Assembly: GCA_030295235.1 (NCBI GenBank)
Contig: AP026131.1
Span: 1 to 64,000, forward strand
Length of the DNA stretch: 64,000 bases
Reading direction: 5' to 3'
Source: Fistulifera solaris
Lineage: Eukaryota
The translations under genes and the position numbers were made by a program. The notes beneath the pieces are model-generated. The model was given only the letters and a program-made list of their open reading frames with translations. It made no database searches and was not told the DNA's origin. Shown here in pieces: positions 27,743 to 38,744 of this stretch (position 1 is the stretch's first letter; every line of letters begins with the position of its first letter).

Positions 27743-28197
27743 GGTGTATCTTCTTTCTCTTTTTGAAGAGATTTGTGAGCACTTCAATGCGGCAATCGCT
27801 GATTGCGCAAAGATTGAGCGACCATAAATGTGTATCGTGCTATACAAATAATAGTAGATTTTCTCCTAATAGGAAATGGAGGTCAAATCCGATTTAGACG
27901 ACAACTATTGGCGACTACTTTCTTCGTTATAGATTTAACGGTTGGAAAGGAAAGGAAAAATTCTTTGATTGTGAGAGAATACAGAGAATACGCAAAAGAG
28001 TAGACTTGTTTGTCGTATCGAGAACGCACTCCGCTATCTTTGTTCTGCACCACGACAAAGGATGCAAGGATGCGATCAAAAAAAATGATGGCTAAACTTC
28101 CTATCGATTATATAATTTCTTTACTTTCAAATCTTTACATCCATTTCGTATGATCTTACTGTTTTCAATCATTGTAAAGAAATGTTCGGCTGATTCT

Positions 28198-30531
28198 TCA
28201 GCAGTTCGTGCAGCAATTGAAGGGGCAAATCTCACAGTCGGCTTGTAGATTGAGCCCACCAGTGATCTTTAACAAGCACACCTCGCTGGGAATCTGAGTA
28301 GTCAGCAGATTATCTTCGACTCGAAGCTGTGTAAGCGCAGTCAAACCTGAATATTCGATCGGAATGCCGCCGGTCAAAGAGTTTCCGTAGAAGAAGAGTT
28401 GCTCTGTTTTGCGAAAGGCGAGAGTGAGAGAAAGAGGCTTCAAAGAGTGACGATCATAGCCTCCCATATTCACTTACGAAGACTGGCCGATAACAAGCCG
28501 AGTTCTGTGGGAAGAGGACCCGACCAGTTGCAGTTCGTGACAGATAAACCACCTGTACGGCAATAAACGACGACAAGTGAGAGATTTGACACGCAAGACG
28601 AAATGTGCGAGTGAATAACGTGATAAGAATAGCTTACCGAGGTTTGTCAGCGCTCCCCAGAAAGTAGGCAGGGTACCTGTAATACCTGGATTGTCATCTG
28701 TCCAGCATTCACCTATAGAGGAAAAGCAACTCACAAGATAAGATACCATTTCTTCCTACGATAAACACCAGCTGGTCCTTTACTTACGCATGTTGACAGC
28801 ACTTTGCATGAAATCGATGTTTCCTGTGATACTCGATCCACGGGCATAAAAGAATTCGAGACTAGGAAGCAATCCGATCTCAGTTGGAATTGGCGAGTCG
28901 AATGTATTGTACTCCATCTCGATGTAAGCTGTCAAAAGATTAAAGTAAGTTTGGATTTGTATAAGGTGAATGGGAACGATCACGGATAGCATAAATGGCG
29001 ACTCACCAAGATTCGTCAGGGTGGAGGGGAAAGCTAGACTGCTGATGGCTCCGACGTAACGAACATTGGTACACTCGTAAAACTCCAAATTGGTCAATAG
29101 CCCAATCTCTGTCGGAATACCATTGTCGTTGATAAAGTTCGTGTCTTCGTAACGTAGAGATGTCAATTGTGTCAAAGTTCCGAGCCAAGAATTGAAAGTT
29201 TCGCCGCGGGTAAACACGGGGTTTCTTCCAAGATCAATGTTAGCTAGAGTCGCTTTCAAAAGTGTGACTTCGGGAGGAAATTCTCCACTCATGAAGTTCG
29301 CAAACTGTTATAAATGGATCAATAAGAAGTTAGACCCTGTCGACGGCTGAACGTTCAGTCAACTAATTCTCAATCCCATGTACTTACAAAGTCCAATCGA
29401 ATCACCGAGCCCGTTGTTTGTTGATCACATTGAATGTTTGACCAAGTGCACTCATCGGTGGCGGTCAACCAGTCTCGAGCAATGTTCCAAGGAAGGACGG
29501 TGCCATTGCCAAGAAGCGCGTCCGTGAAAGCCGTACTCACGTTGTAAGTAGCGAAGTAAATACTGGCGAGAGAGTAACGCTGAATCATCTTGGCGTCGTT
29601 AGTCTCGTAGGCAGTTGATTCGGGGCCACATAGCCAGTTCAGTGCTTTGCTCTGGTAGCTTTCCGGGTCGGCAAACTCTTCCCCCTCCGAAAAGGGCAAC
29701 CGGTGTAATGATCTCTCGGCATCTACCTTCAACGACGGGCGCTAGAGTTGGTACTGCGACTGGTACAGCAACTGGTGTTGGGACCGCAACTGGGGCAGCG
29801 ACAGGAGTTGGGACTGCAACTGGTGTAGCAGCAGGAGTAGGAACAGCGACGGGAGTCGGAAAGGCAACGGGGTTGGGAATGCAACGGGCGTTGCAACAGG
29901 GGTTGGAACGGCAACGGGAGTTGGAACTGCAACTGGCGTAGCAACAGGAGTTGGGAACGCAACTGGCGTGGCAACAGGAGTCGGGACGGCAACGGGTGCG
30001 GGGACTGCAACTGGCGTGGTAACCGGCATATCCGAATCCATGGACGGAAGAGGGCTAGGAATATCAGATGCGTTTGGATCATCAGCAGTAGGCGCTTCAG
30101 TGCGAGGGACTGTTGGAACAACTGGTTCTGTCGGTGATCGAGTTGGCGTGGCGACAGGGGCGTCAGTCTCAATGCTACCGCTCGTCTGCAAGAAGCGCTG
30201 CCAATAGGAAAGATCGTCTTCTTTTTAGAGCGCGTGCTTCCTTCTTTGCTTCAACGCGCTGCAACAGCTTACGAAGTTCGTTGGGATGAAGGTCCTGATC
30301 GAGAGAAATGAGCTTTCTGTCTCTGTCATAGTTCGGATTGATCTTCACACCTTTCTCGACGATAAGCTGACGCTGCAAATGTCTTTGATGTAAACGGTGG
30401 CGATATTCACGATGTTCGTCTTCAATAGTCCACGACAATTTGGACGAAGGCTGATGATACTCATCGTCAATCGGAACAGCCAAGCCAACGTTCAACGCCA
30501 AGGCCAAAACGGTACTTTGGAAAACTTTCAT
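28198..30531 (-). CDS. Secreted Pro/Thr-rich (PTPVA) + LRR protein, paralog B; 5 introns, frameshift errors
   Basis: Signal peptide MKVFQSTVLALALNVGLA, shared YH.PSSKLSW and [11 protein letters not shown] segments, (V/F)PTPVA repeats, and LRRs closely similar to paralog A. Confidence 0.85.
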
Positions 30532-31265
30532 GGTTCCAAACAAGCAACAAGCGAACAACAATTGTTGGAGATTGCTTTGGCTGATTGCCCGTAATTTGTG
30601 AACGATCTTTCCTGATCAAATCTCGTCCTCTGTATCTTTCGTACAGTACATGATTATGTGACATCGGTTACTTGGAAAACATGTGATCAAGGAAGTCAGT
30701 CTCGACATAGGTACTAAACTTGGTCTTAGAGTCGCTGAAGCGAGTACATCTCTAAATAGAGTACGTTGAGAAAAGAATACTTAAATGTTGACCTGTTAAA
30801 ATATTTAGGTTGTCACACTCGCCGAGAGCCAGCCAGGCAGCCAGGCACAGTACAGTGCAGTACCGAGTACCGAGGCAGTCACGACGTCACGAGGAGTCAC
30901 GAGGATTTTATGGGACTGATGACAAAGAAGGCTGTCGACTGCAGCATTCCGCAGTGCAACAAACTGTACTATAGTGTACGTTGATAAAAGCGAGCCTATC
31001 TATTATATTATAATACTTTAACAATATTTTCCGTTGGTCACCAGAAAATCAAACCACTTATGGGCCGGCAAGGATTTGCGCGCGTCAATCTCCTTGCCGG
31101 CAACTTCGCGAGAGTGATAACGAGCAGATCGTTTTACAAAACTATTGCTTGTGAAACAACAGTCGAGTCTCACAAAAAATAACGATTGTCTTCTAACTGT
31201 GGGTAATCTAACAATCTATCGTAGGCTTGACAAAGACAGCGCGCAAACGGGGTCTATCCGGAGCT

Positions 31266-32521
31266 ATGAAATTACGCAACTCGAAAACTACAATCTGCGA
31301 AATGTTCTCGCAATGTACCTTTGCGGCGATGGGGATTCTTTCACTCACTGCTAGTTTCACGTATGCGTGGGGAGGCAACAGCAACAGCGCTCAACTTTCA
31401 GTCTACGGGAATGCGTTGGAACGCGACTGGCTTTACAGTTCATCATCTATTTCGCTGAAACTAGAAGGTTGTACTTGGGGATATGTCGAAGACAGTGGAG
31501 AAAGCGGTTGTCTTGAGAGAGGCAGTGAAGACGGAACGACATATTGGTATCAAATGGCAAATTGTCGAAGAGCTCAAGCTGTATTTTCGTTATATGCAAG
31601 CTCATCTGGCAGCACTAGCTGCAACAAAAATACATTTCAAGAGACGGTAGGTCTTTGTGTGGCTGATTCTTTTTGCGTTTTACACAAATGGCTCTTCGTT
31701 CACTCATTGATGACGCTTATTCACTCATCTTATTTTCCGCTCTCGCAGTTTGTCACAAAAAACGGTCTGTTGGAGTTTATTTACTACATGAATCAGTACG
31801 ATAGTAACAACGCATTGAGTGATTATGCCGTCAACTATCACCAAGGAGGAAACAACAATAAGGACAAAAACAACAACAACAACAATTATAACAATGGCGG
31901 GGAATTTCTTCCGATGTGCGAACATGTCAACAATGGGTATGTAGGCTTGGGTTGCAGTGGCGATGGAACCTTTTCTCTGCAGTATTTCAGCGACGAATAC
32001 TGCCTCAGGCCAACAGGACAAATCTACGACAATCTCAAATCTCTCAATTATGCATTGAAAACGTATAAGGGGTGTCACGGAATCTACAGCAGCGGTGACA
32101 GTAACAATTTGGCACAGATTCTTGCTTACAATGCCGACCCTTGCTCGTCATTAGATAGCGACTTATGCACAGATACGACCAGCATGAAGACACGACGAAG
32201 CTCCAGCGGGGCATCTTCCGCTGCACGAAATGCCGTAGGAAAATTCAGCATGGGCTCGAAAACATGGATCACCAAGACAAAGTATGTCGGTGGGGGTATG
32301 TTTTTGTTGGCTTCTTTGTCATGTTTACGGGTATCCTCTTCACCAATCGCAGAAGACGCCGAGCTCTCATGCAGCGCAAGTACCGACAAGCCAAGCTCCG
32401 CGGTGAAAGCTCTCGTCGAAGCAGCAGTAAGCGCTCGAAAAGCAAGGGACGAGACATCAGCAAGTCTCGACGCCGATCGAAAAGTAGGGGTAGAACCGAG
32501 GCTGAAGGAGTATTTACGTAG
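31266..32521 (+). CDS. Type I membrane protein, silicanin/silicalemma-associated-like; intron ~31647-31748
   Basis: Signal peptide, Cys-rich lumenal domain with an Asn-rich insert, GYVGLGC..FSLQYFSDEYC, a single C-terminal TM (after a 1-bp shift near 32315) and an Arg/Ser/Lys-rich cytosolic tail. Confidence 0.6.
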
Positions 32522-32637
32522 AAAGGGGGCCTTCAATGTAGTAAGTTTAGCTGAAGAGTATAGTAGGCGACAATAATATATGTTACATCATGATAAAACT
32601 CAACAGCGTAGCCTAGTTCTCTATGGTCACATTTGAT

Positions 32638-34091
32638 TCATGGCGTTAGTTGATCATGTTCCGTCATTACATCATTTAGCCCCAAAGCTTCATTCTCTGC
32701 GTGACTGCGCTCGTATTCTTCCAGGAAAAGGTTTTCGTCTCGCATTGCTCTCTCATTTACTGATACATCCGAATTGCCGGATCGACGGCCCACAAAAGAG
32801 TTGGAGAGTGGATCCGTCAATATGATCTGAAAAGGAAAATGTTGCCCACTTATCATTGCTTTCATTTTGTTCAAAAAGTCATTGAAGCGGTATGATAACT
32901 CGCCTTCTTGTCTAACTTTGCCGCCCGTCCTTCCAATGGTGGAATCGCCCATCGCAAACGGATTGGTAGTCTCTAAATGTCCCACTATCTGGGTCAAAAT
33001 ACCTTCAACTGTCGAATAGACTCCTCCGAGACTACACCCTCCGACTTCCAAATCAGCTTCCGGTATGAAAATTGTGGCTGTCGTGCTTGTTAGCACATCA
33101 CGGGACAAATCAACCATGTCGGTGACATTCAATGTGATACGAGTTCCGCGCTCCGAAATGGCTCCACCGTTTCCTTGAACATCATTACTACGGTAGCCAC
33201 AATTGGAACAAAGCATGCACATGAGAATCACCGATTGAAAGTGGGGGATACTTGTCGTGCACATGTTTGTTTCCGTGGGGCATCGACAGCTTGGACACGT
33301 GGTAGGGAAACTCATAATTTCGTCTTTAGGAACACATTTCTCGGTCGGCTCAAATCTTTCATCCTCGCAAGCGTGTATCTTGTAGCGAAGAGCTTTTGAA
33401 TCGGTGTGCTCGGTGTTTTTTCCGTATCGAAAGACGGTTGAAGACCCAGGACTGCATCTTGCTGAGGAGTCCGGCGGTACGGTGTATGTGTAAGTTGAGG
33501 ATCTCGCTTTGGAGCTTGAAAGTTCTCAATGTAAGAATTCCCTGCTGGATCATCGAGAATGACCTCAAAGGGAAAATCGGAAGAATTATCGATTCCAGGG
33601 GTCTCGTTCTCGGATTTGATTTCCGCGTTATTTATCCACCGGTTTATTGTGTCAATGACTGCACGGCAGCGATGAAAATTGTCTACGTCCCCTGATCGCA
33701 ATCGTTCTGCCTGCTGTTGAGTGAGTTGATTGACTGTCGTTTGTAAAATGCCCTCCAACGTTGATATTTTCCCTTGCTGTGTCGAACGAGGAATTTCTAA
33801 GTCGAGCGTTTGAAAGAAAAGGGTCGCCGAATCGGATTTAACAATTTGGCGATTCAAATCCTCGGAACAGCGAACAGTTAGTGTAATTCGCTGCCCTTCA
33901 TCTTGAATTGACCCACCAAAAGATACTTGAGCGTCGCGATTGCCGCAGACTTCGCAGTAAAGGTTCATGATGATAAGTTCACGGAAATAGGGAATCTTCG
34001 TTAAAAGTAAAGTTGTCGTAGCCTTATCGCCTTGACAAGCCGGACAATAGCAATCCTTAACGACAGTTGTTTCACATTCCTCATGGCTCAT
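32638..34091 (-). CDS. ZPR1: Zinc finger protein ZPR1; frameshift near 33320-33420
   Basis: Two ZPR1 modules: CPAC..TKIPYFRE..CEVCG..DLNRQIVKSD..DDPAGNSYIE and CPSC..IPHFQSVILM..CSNCGY..DPLSNSFV. Confidence 0.93.
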
Positions 34092-34779
34092 TGTAGATTG
34101 CGGTAACGTTATGCATCCTTGTTCATTGTTTTTGTGATGGTTGTGTCCTCGTCGACAAACACAACGAGAGATTTCTGCGGGGATAGTAGTGCGACACACG
34201 GTGTGAATCATATCAATTGGAGTCCCGGAAAAATAGGATTTGCATTTTTCCTACAAAGAAAAACAATAAAGCTTTTGTCGACCGATTTCTTGACAAGAAA
34301 TAAGCAACTATTTTGTGCTAGCTGGTGTGAAACAAGGTTACACAGACTGCGTCGCCCTTTTGAGTCGATCACAATGGCGGAAAAAAAATTAACGGATGCA
34401 TTCACTCTTTGTTTGCTATTGTCTCTGTAATTCCACCACCAACTATCTCACAAGCATCATTGGATATCTCCAGTGTTTATTCCAAGAATTAGACTCTCTG
34501 TCGAAAGTGATTACTGTCCCGCATAGCTATAAAGGAAGGGTCCCAAGTTTGTGTCATTAGAAGGAATCGGTTTGATTATCAAGTAAATGATACGGTTTAG
34601 CGGTTTACTCGTCAAACATCGAAGCACTCCTTAACCAGTACTTTATTAGCTAAGCCGGGGTAGGGATTCTCTATTCTCTAGCTAGAGGGAGAACTCTGGC
34701 TGCTCTAGAACCGCCAACTTAACTAATTTCCTCTTGCCGCCAAGGTCGGCTTTTGAGTTGTCCTTCTTCTTGTAGCCGA

Positions 34780-35780
34780 TGTGACATGTGACTACCAGGT
34801 ATGACCTATGACTATGACAGGGTGACAGGGACGACCATCGACCATCGACCATCCGTTGCTGAGTTGGGTGCTGGGTGCTGGCGAACGGCGAACTGGCCAA
34901 TAAAGCCAAAAACCGAACGCGGCACTGCCAACGTCAGAAGTACTTTTATGTATCGAAAGCTATTGCGGAAAATCTTTAGGCCTTAAAGCTTTTGTTATTT
35001 GGTTATTTGTTACAAAATGGAAATCGCAAACCGCAGTTCGCAGTTAACATTGGACACTGGACGCTAGACTACCTTGTAGCTGGTAGACACTGGTGACTGG
35101 AGATTGGAGATGATTCAGTGCTAACTAACAACTAACGTAGACGTAAACAGTAAAAAGTAAAAAAGTAGACAGTAGACCATACACCGTAAACCGTAAACCG
35201 TACACCTATGGCCTATGGCCTATGGCTGTGGCCTATTGTTGATGGTTGATGGTTCATAGTTCATAGATGGTTGATGGTTATTAGTTATTACTTATTACTA
35301 CGTAGTTATTAGTTGTCAGTTTTCAGTTCTCAGTTCTCAGTGGAGTGTGAAGTTGAAGAAAATAGAACGTTATCGACTGGCTTCTTGTTACTTGTTTCTT
35401 GCTGCTGTAGTATGTAGTACTTGCTTCCATAAGTCCATAAAATTCAGACGAATGCTATTCTTGCTATTCGATATTCGATATTAGATTTTTAAAAAACAAA
35501 ACACAATAGGAGTAAACAATAGTCTGGTCTGGTCTGGTCTGAGGATTGAGGATTGAGGATTGAGGATTAAGGTATACTGTCTACTCTAGACCGTGATCCT
35601 CTCTCTTTTCTTGCGAATTCTTAGTTCGTACTGTTTATTCCTGACTCCTGACTCCTAACTAGCATCGAACTTCCATAGCCTTGGCCTTTGGCCTTAATGC
35701 TTTGTTTATGCCCCTCTTTTACGACTAGGATCCTATAAAGTTGGATCAGCCGAGCAGCCGAGCCAATAGCCAATATTTAT
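34780..35780. repeat. Dense tract of unrelated ~7-nt tandem duplications
   Basis: ccatcga x2+, gggtgct x2, ggcgaac x2, cgcagtt x2, accgtaa x2+, cctatgg x3, ttgatgg x2, ttcatag x2, attcgat x2, gaggatt x4, gccaata x2. Confidence 0.85.
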
Positions 35781-36098
35781 GGTTTGGTCACTGGCATCAT
35801 TGCGTGTTCAAAGGCTTATTCGTTCTGTGAAGATTGAAGATAGTGCCCAATGAGATAAATCATAAATCGTATTCCTTCTTATAACAAATAAAACCAATCC
35901 AGCACAGCCAGCGGAAGCCTTCTATACTTCCTAGTGCATACTGTGTGCAAATGACACGTACAAAATACATATCACAAAGCGTGCAGTTCGCGCAAAGTGA
36001 TTTTGATCGGTATTCTCTCTTTCCCGAAAGCGAACAATCAAAAATTGATGCATTTGCGCAACGCTTCACATATTATTATAAACTGAAAAGTCAGCAAC

Positions 36099-36913
36099 AT
36101 GGATATCGCGTATCGTTTTCACGAAACAGGCGTCAAGCTTTACCAAGAAGGTCGCGGCTCGGAAGCGTTTGATCTGTTTTATGCGTCAATCGAAGTTCAA
36201 TTGCTGAGCCAAGGCAAGATGATGATGTCGCGTGATTCAACACAATGCCAATATCTTGCTTTCCATAATTCTATCGCTCAAGACCTCAAAGTAGACTCAT
36301 ATGAACGAAGTTACCCGCCAGTGAGCTTGCAGGCGCCTGAATTTCTTTTCCCGGAAGCCTGCTCTTTTGAACAGGTCAGACAAATGTGCACGACAACCGA
36401 TGGTCCCTCCCGTCAACACAGTCCACCAAGTCATCAAAGATTTGCCAAAACCGAAGATCCGTACATTTTTGAAAGAATTTTCCGCTGGAGAGCTTCTGAA
36501 TGTCCCCGCTATGAACAATTTGTCGTGTACCTCGCAATTGATTTCTTCAATATGGCCTTGATACTCCAAAAAGGGTTCATGAATCACAAAATGAGTCGCT
36601 GCCTCGAACGGGCGATGGTTCTGTACAATTATGCAGGTGAATTATTATGGAGGAATTTAGGCATGGCCTTAGTTCGCTCTTGTCCTTGGGGTGTCTCGCT
36701 TTCTACTTTATACTGTGCTGTGCTCAACAATACCGGATACTTAATGCATCAAATGGGCCAATTTGACTGGTCAGAGCTCTTTACTATCGCTTGCATGGAG
36801 CACTCGAAGTGCTCGAGCCAGCGGAGAGTTTGGAGGAGCAGAGCGATCGGGATGCTTTGCAACTCAATGTAATCGTACGGTTTGGCGCCTGCACTGCCGC
36901 CGGCTCGGCCTAA
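36099..36913 (+). CDS. Hypothetical TPR-like helical protein
   Basis: 257-aa ORF with FFNMALI..RAMVLY..A and AVLNNTG helices. The end is probably shifted by an indel near 36780. Confidence 0.6.
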
Positions 36914-37238
36914 AACAGAGTCTTTGGAAGTTTTGGTGATAACTTTGTAAGAAAATAGAACTTTTGTGTCAACGTCGATGCACATCGCATATAGAATGAT
37001 CTCTTTCGTCGCACACTTCTTTTCTCGCGGTCTCCGTCTCGAGTCTCGATCGTCGGCGTTTTCTTTTTCTGTAAAACCCCGTCTGCTCGTCATCCGTCAG
37101 ACGGTATTCATTCGTCTTTCGTAGTTTATTGCATTGCTGTATTGTTGCGTTGATGCGAGGCTGCGAGGTAATATAAAGAGAAGCATGCAACTATTATCAA
37201 TCTATTTATTTTGACTCGACACACATTAATCAACGAAA

Positions 37239-38644
37239 ATGGTACAAGGTTTAGCATTTCTCTCCAAGAAATCATGGCACACAAAGAACTTTGCGAATCA
37301 GGGAAAAGGTGTGGCTCGCTGAGGAGCAAAAGCGAGCCGAAGAACAGAAAACAAAAGAACTCGCGCGGCAAATACAGCAAGAAAGAGAAGAAGAAGAGTT
37401 AGATAAAGTAGCCGGAACAAAAAGAAAAGAGATCGCGGAATTGATTGGATGTATGAAGGGGGAAACGCACAATCCGAGCTGGCGAAAGAAGATGCGAAAA
37501 AGCAGGCGGAGGAGTATTTGCTGGGAAAGGAATTCGCAGCAACGCAACCGACCGGAGGTCATTTCAATGCCGAAGACAAAAATGAAGGGATACACGCGGT
37601 TCTGAAACAGCCACCTGTCTCAAATGGAGCGAAAGAAACAGTGACTAATACAGAGACTTCCATCAAAGAACCGGCAACCTCCATTCATTTGCCTTCCGTG
37701 CACGATCGAAATGAATCATTTCGTATGCGATACGAAGATCCTATGTTTGCTGTTTCACAAAAAGCACGCGAAAAGCAAGAAAAACTGGAACAAACAAAAG
37801 CGCTCTACGAACGTGTGACAGGGAAAAGTGCGGTCGATCGCACGGACGAAAATGAAACACAAAGAAAATCACGAAAACGATCGAAGAAGGACAAAAAACG
37901 CCACAAAAGTCATAGAAAGAAGGAAAAGAAACGACGCTACGACGACTCAGATAGCGACAGTAGAAGCTACCGTAAGCGTCGAAGACGTAGTCGATGTCCT
38001 TCTCCTCGGCGAGACCGGTCGTTTAGCCCTGCAAGACGTCATAGTGATCGAGGTAGAGAAAGAAGCAGGAGTTGGAGTGAGGAGTCGTCCAGAGGATTTA
38101 GCGACTACAGTCCCAGTCCTAGATATGACGATGAACGGTACAGAAACAGGGAGTCCTCTCGTAGTTTGAAAAGAGCAATATCCACCGTTCATTCTCTCCG
38201 GATGAAGGCGCACCTTTGAAGAAGTCGGGCTACGGTCTTATTGGATCACGAGATGGGACTTTACAACGTACTGGACCGGATACATTGGGTCCAGATCGTG
38301 AACTGCTCGACTCAAAACGTCAATCTAGGGAAGAAGAACGTCGCCGACAACGGGAGCTAGCATCCACCCGGCGTCACCGTACTCCAGAAGAGCGGGAGGC
38401 TGCTCTACGTGCCATGGAAATGGATGCACGACACCGCGGAGAGTCGAGGCGCGATTCCACAAGAGAGGGTGGTCCCGATGGGTGGTCAGATCAAATACAG
38501 GAGGAAACAAGGAATCACAATCCAAGTTTTCTGCATGACGTGCGCCGAAAAGCCAATGGGTTGCAAGGTAACTCAGGGCTTGCAGATCGCATGCGTCAAA
38601 ATCGAAACACAATTCAAAGACCAGATAGTGACCGGTTTTTATGA
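37239..38644 (+). CDS. CWC25: Pre-mRNA splicing factor CWC25; several frameshift errors
   Basis: LAFLSKKSWH..NQEKVWLAE, IDWMY, EEYLLGK, EDPM and an RS-rich tail. Confidence 0.88.
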
Positions 38645-38744
38645 AGAATATGTGTTCGTGGTATGCAAGCGGACCTTCTTCGCTACATTATAAGTTTTAA
38701 CCTAATACTCTAATACAAACCTCCGTTTTAGCAATAGCAATTTT

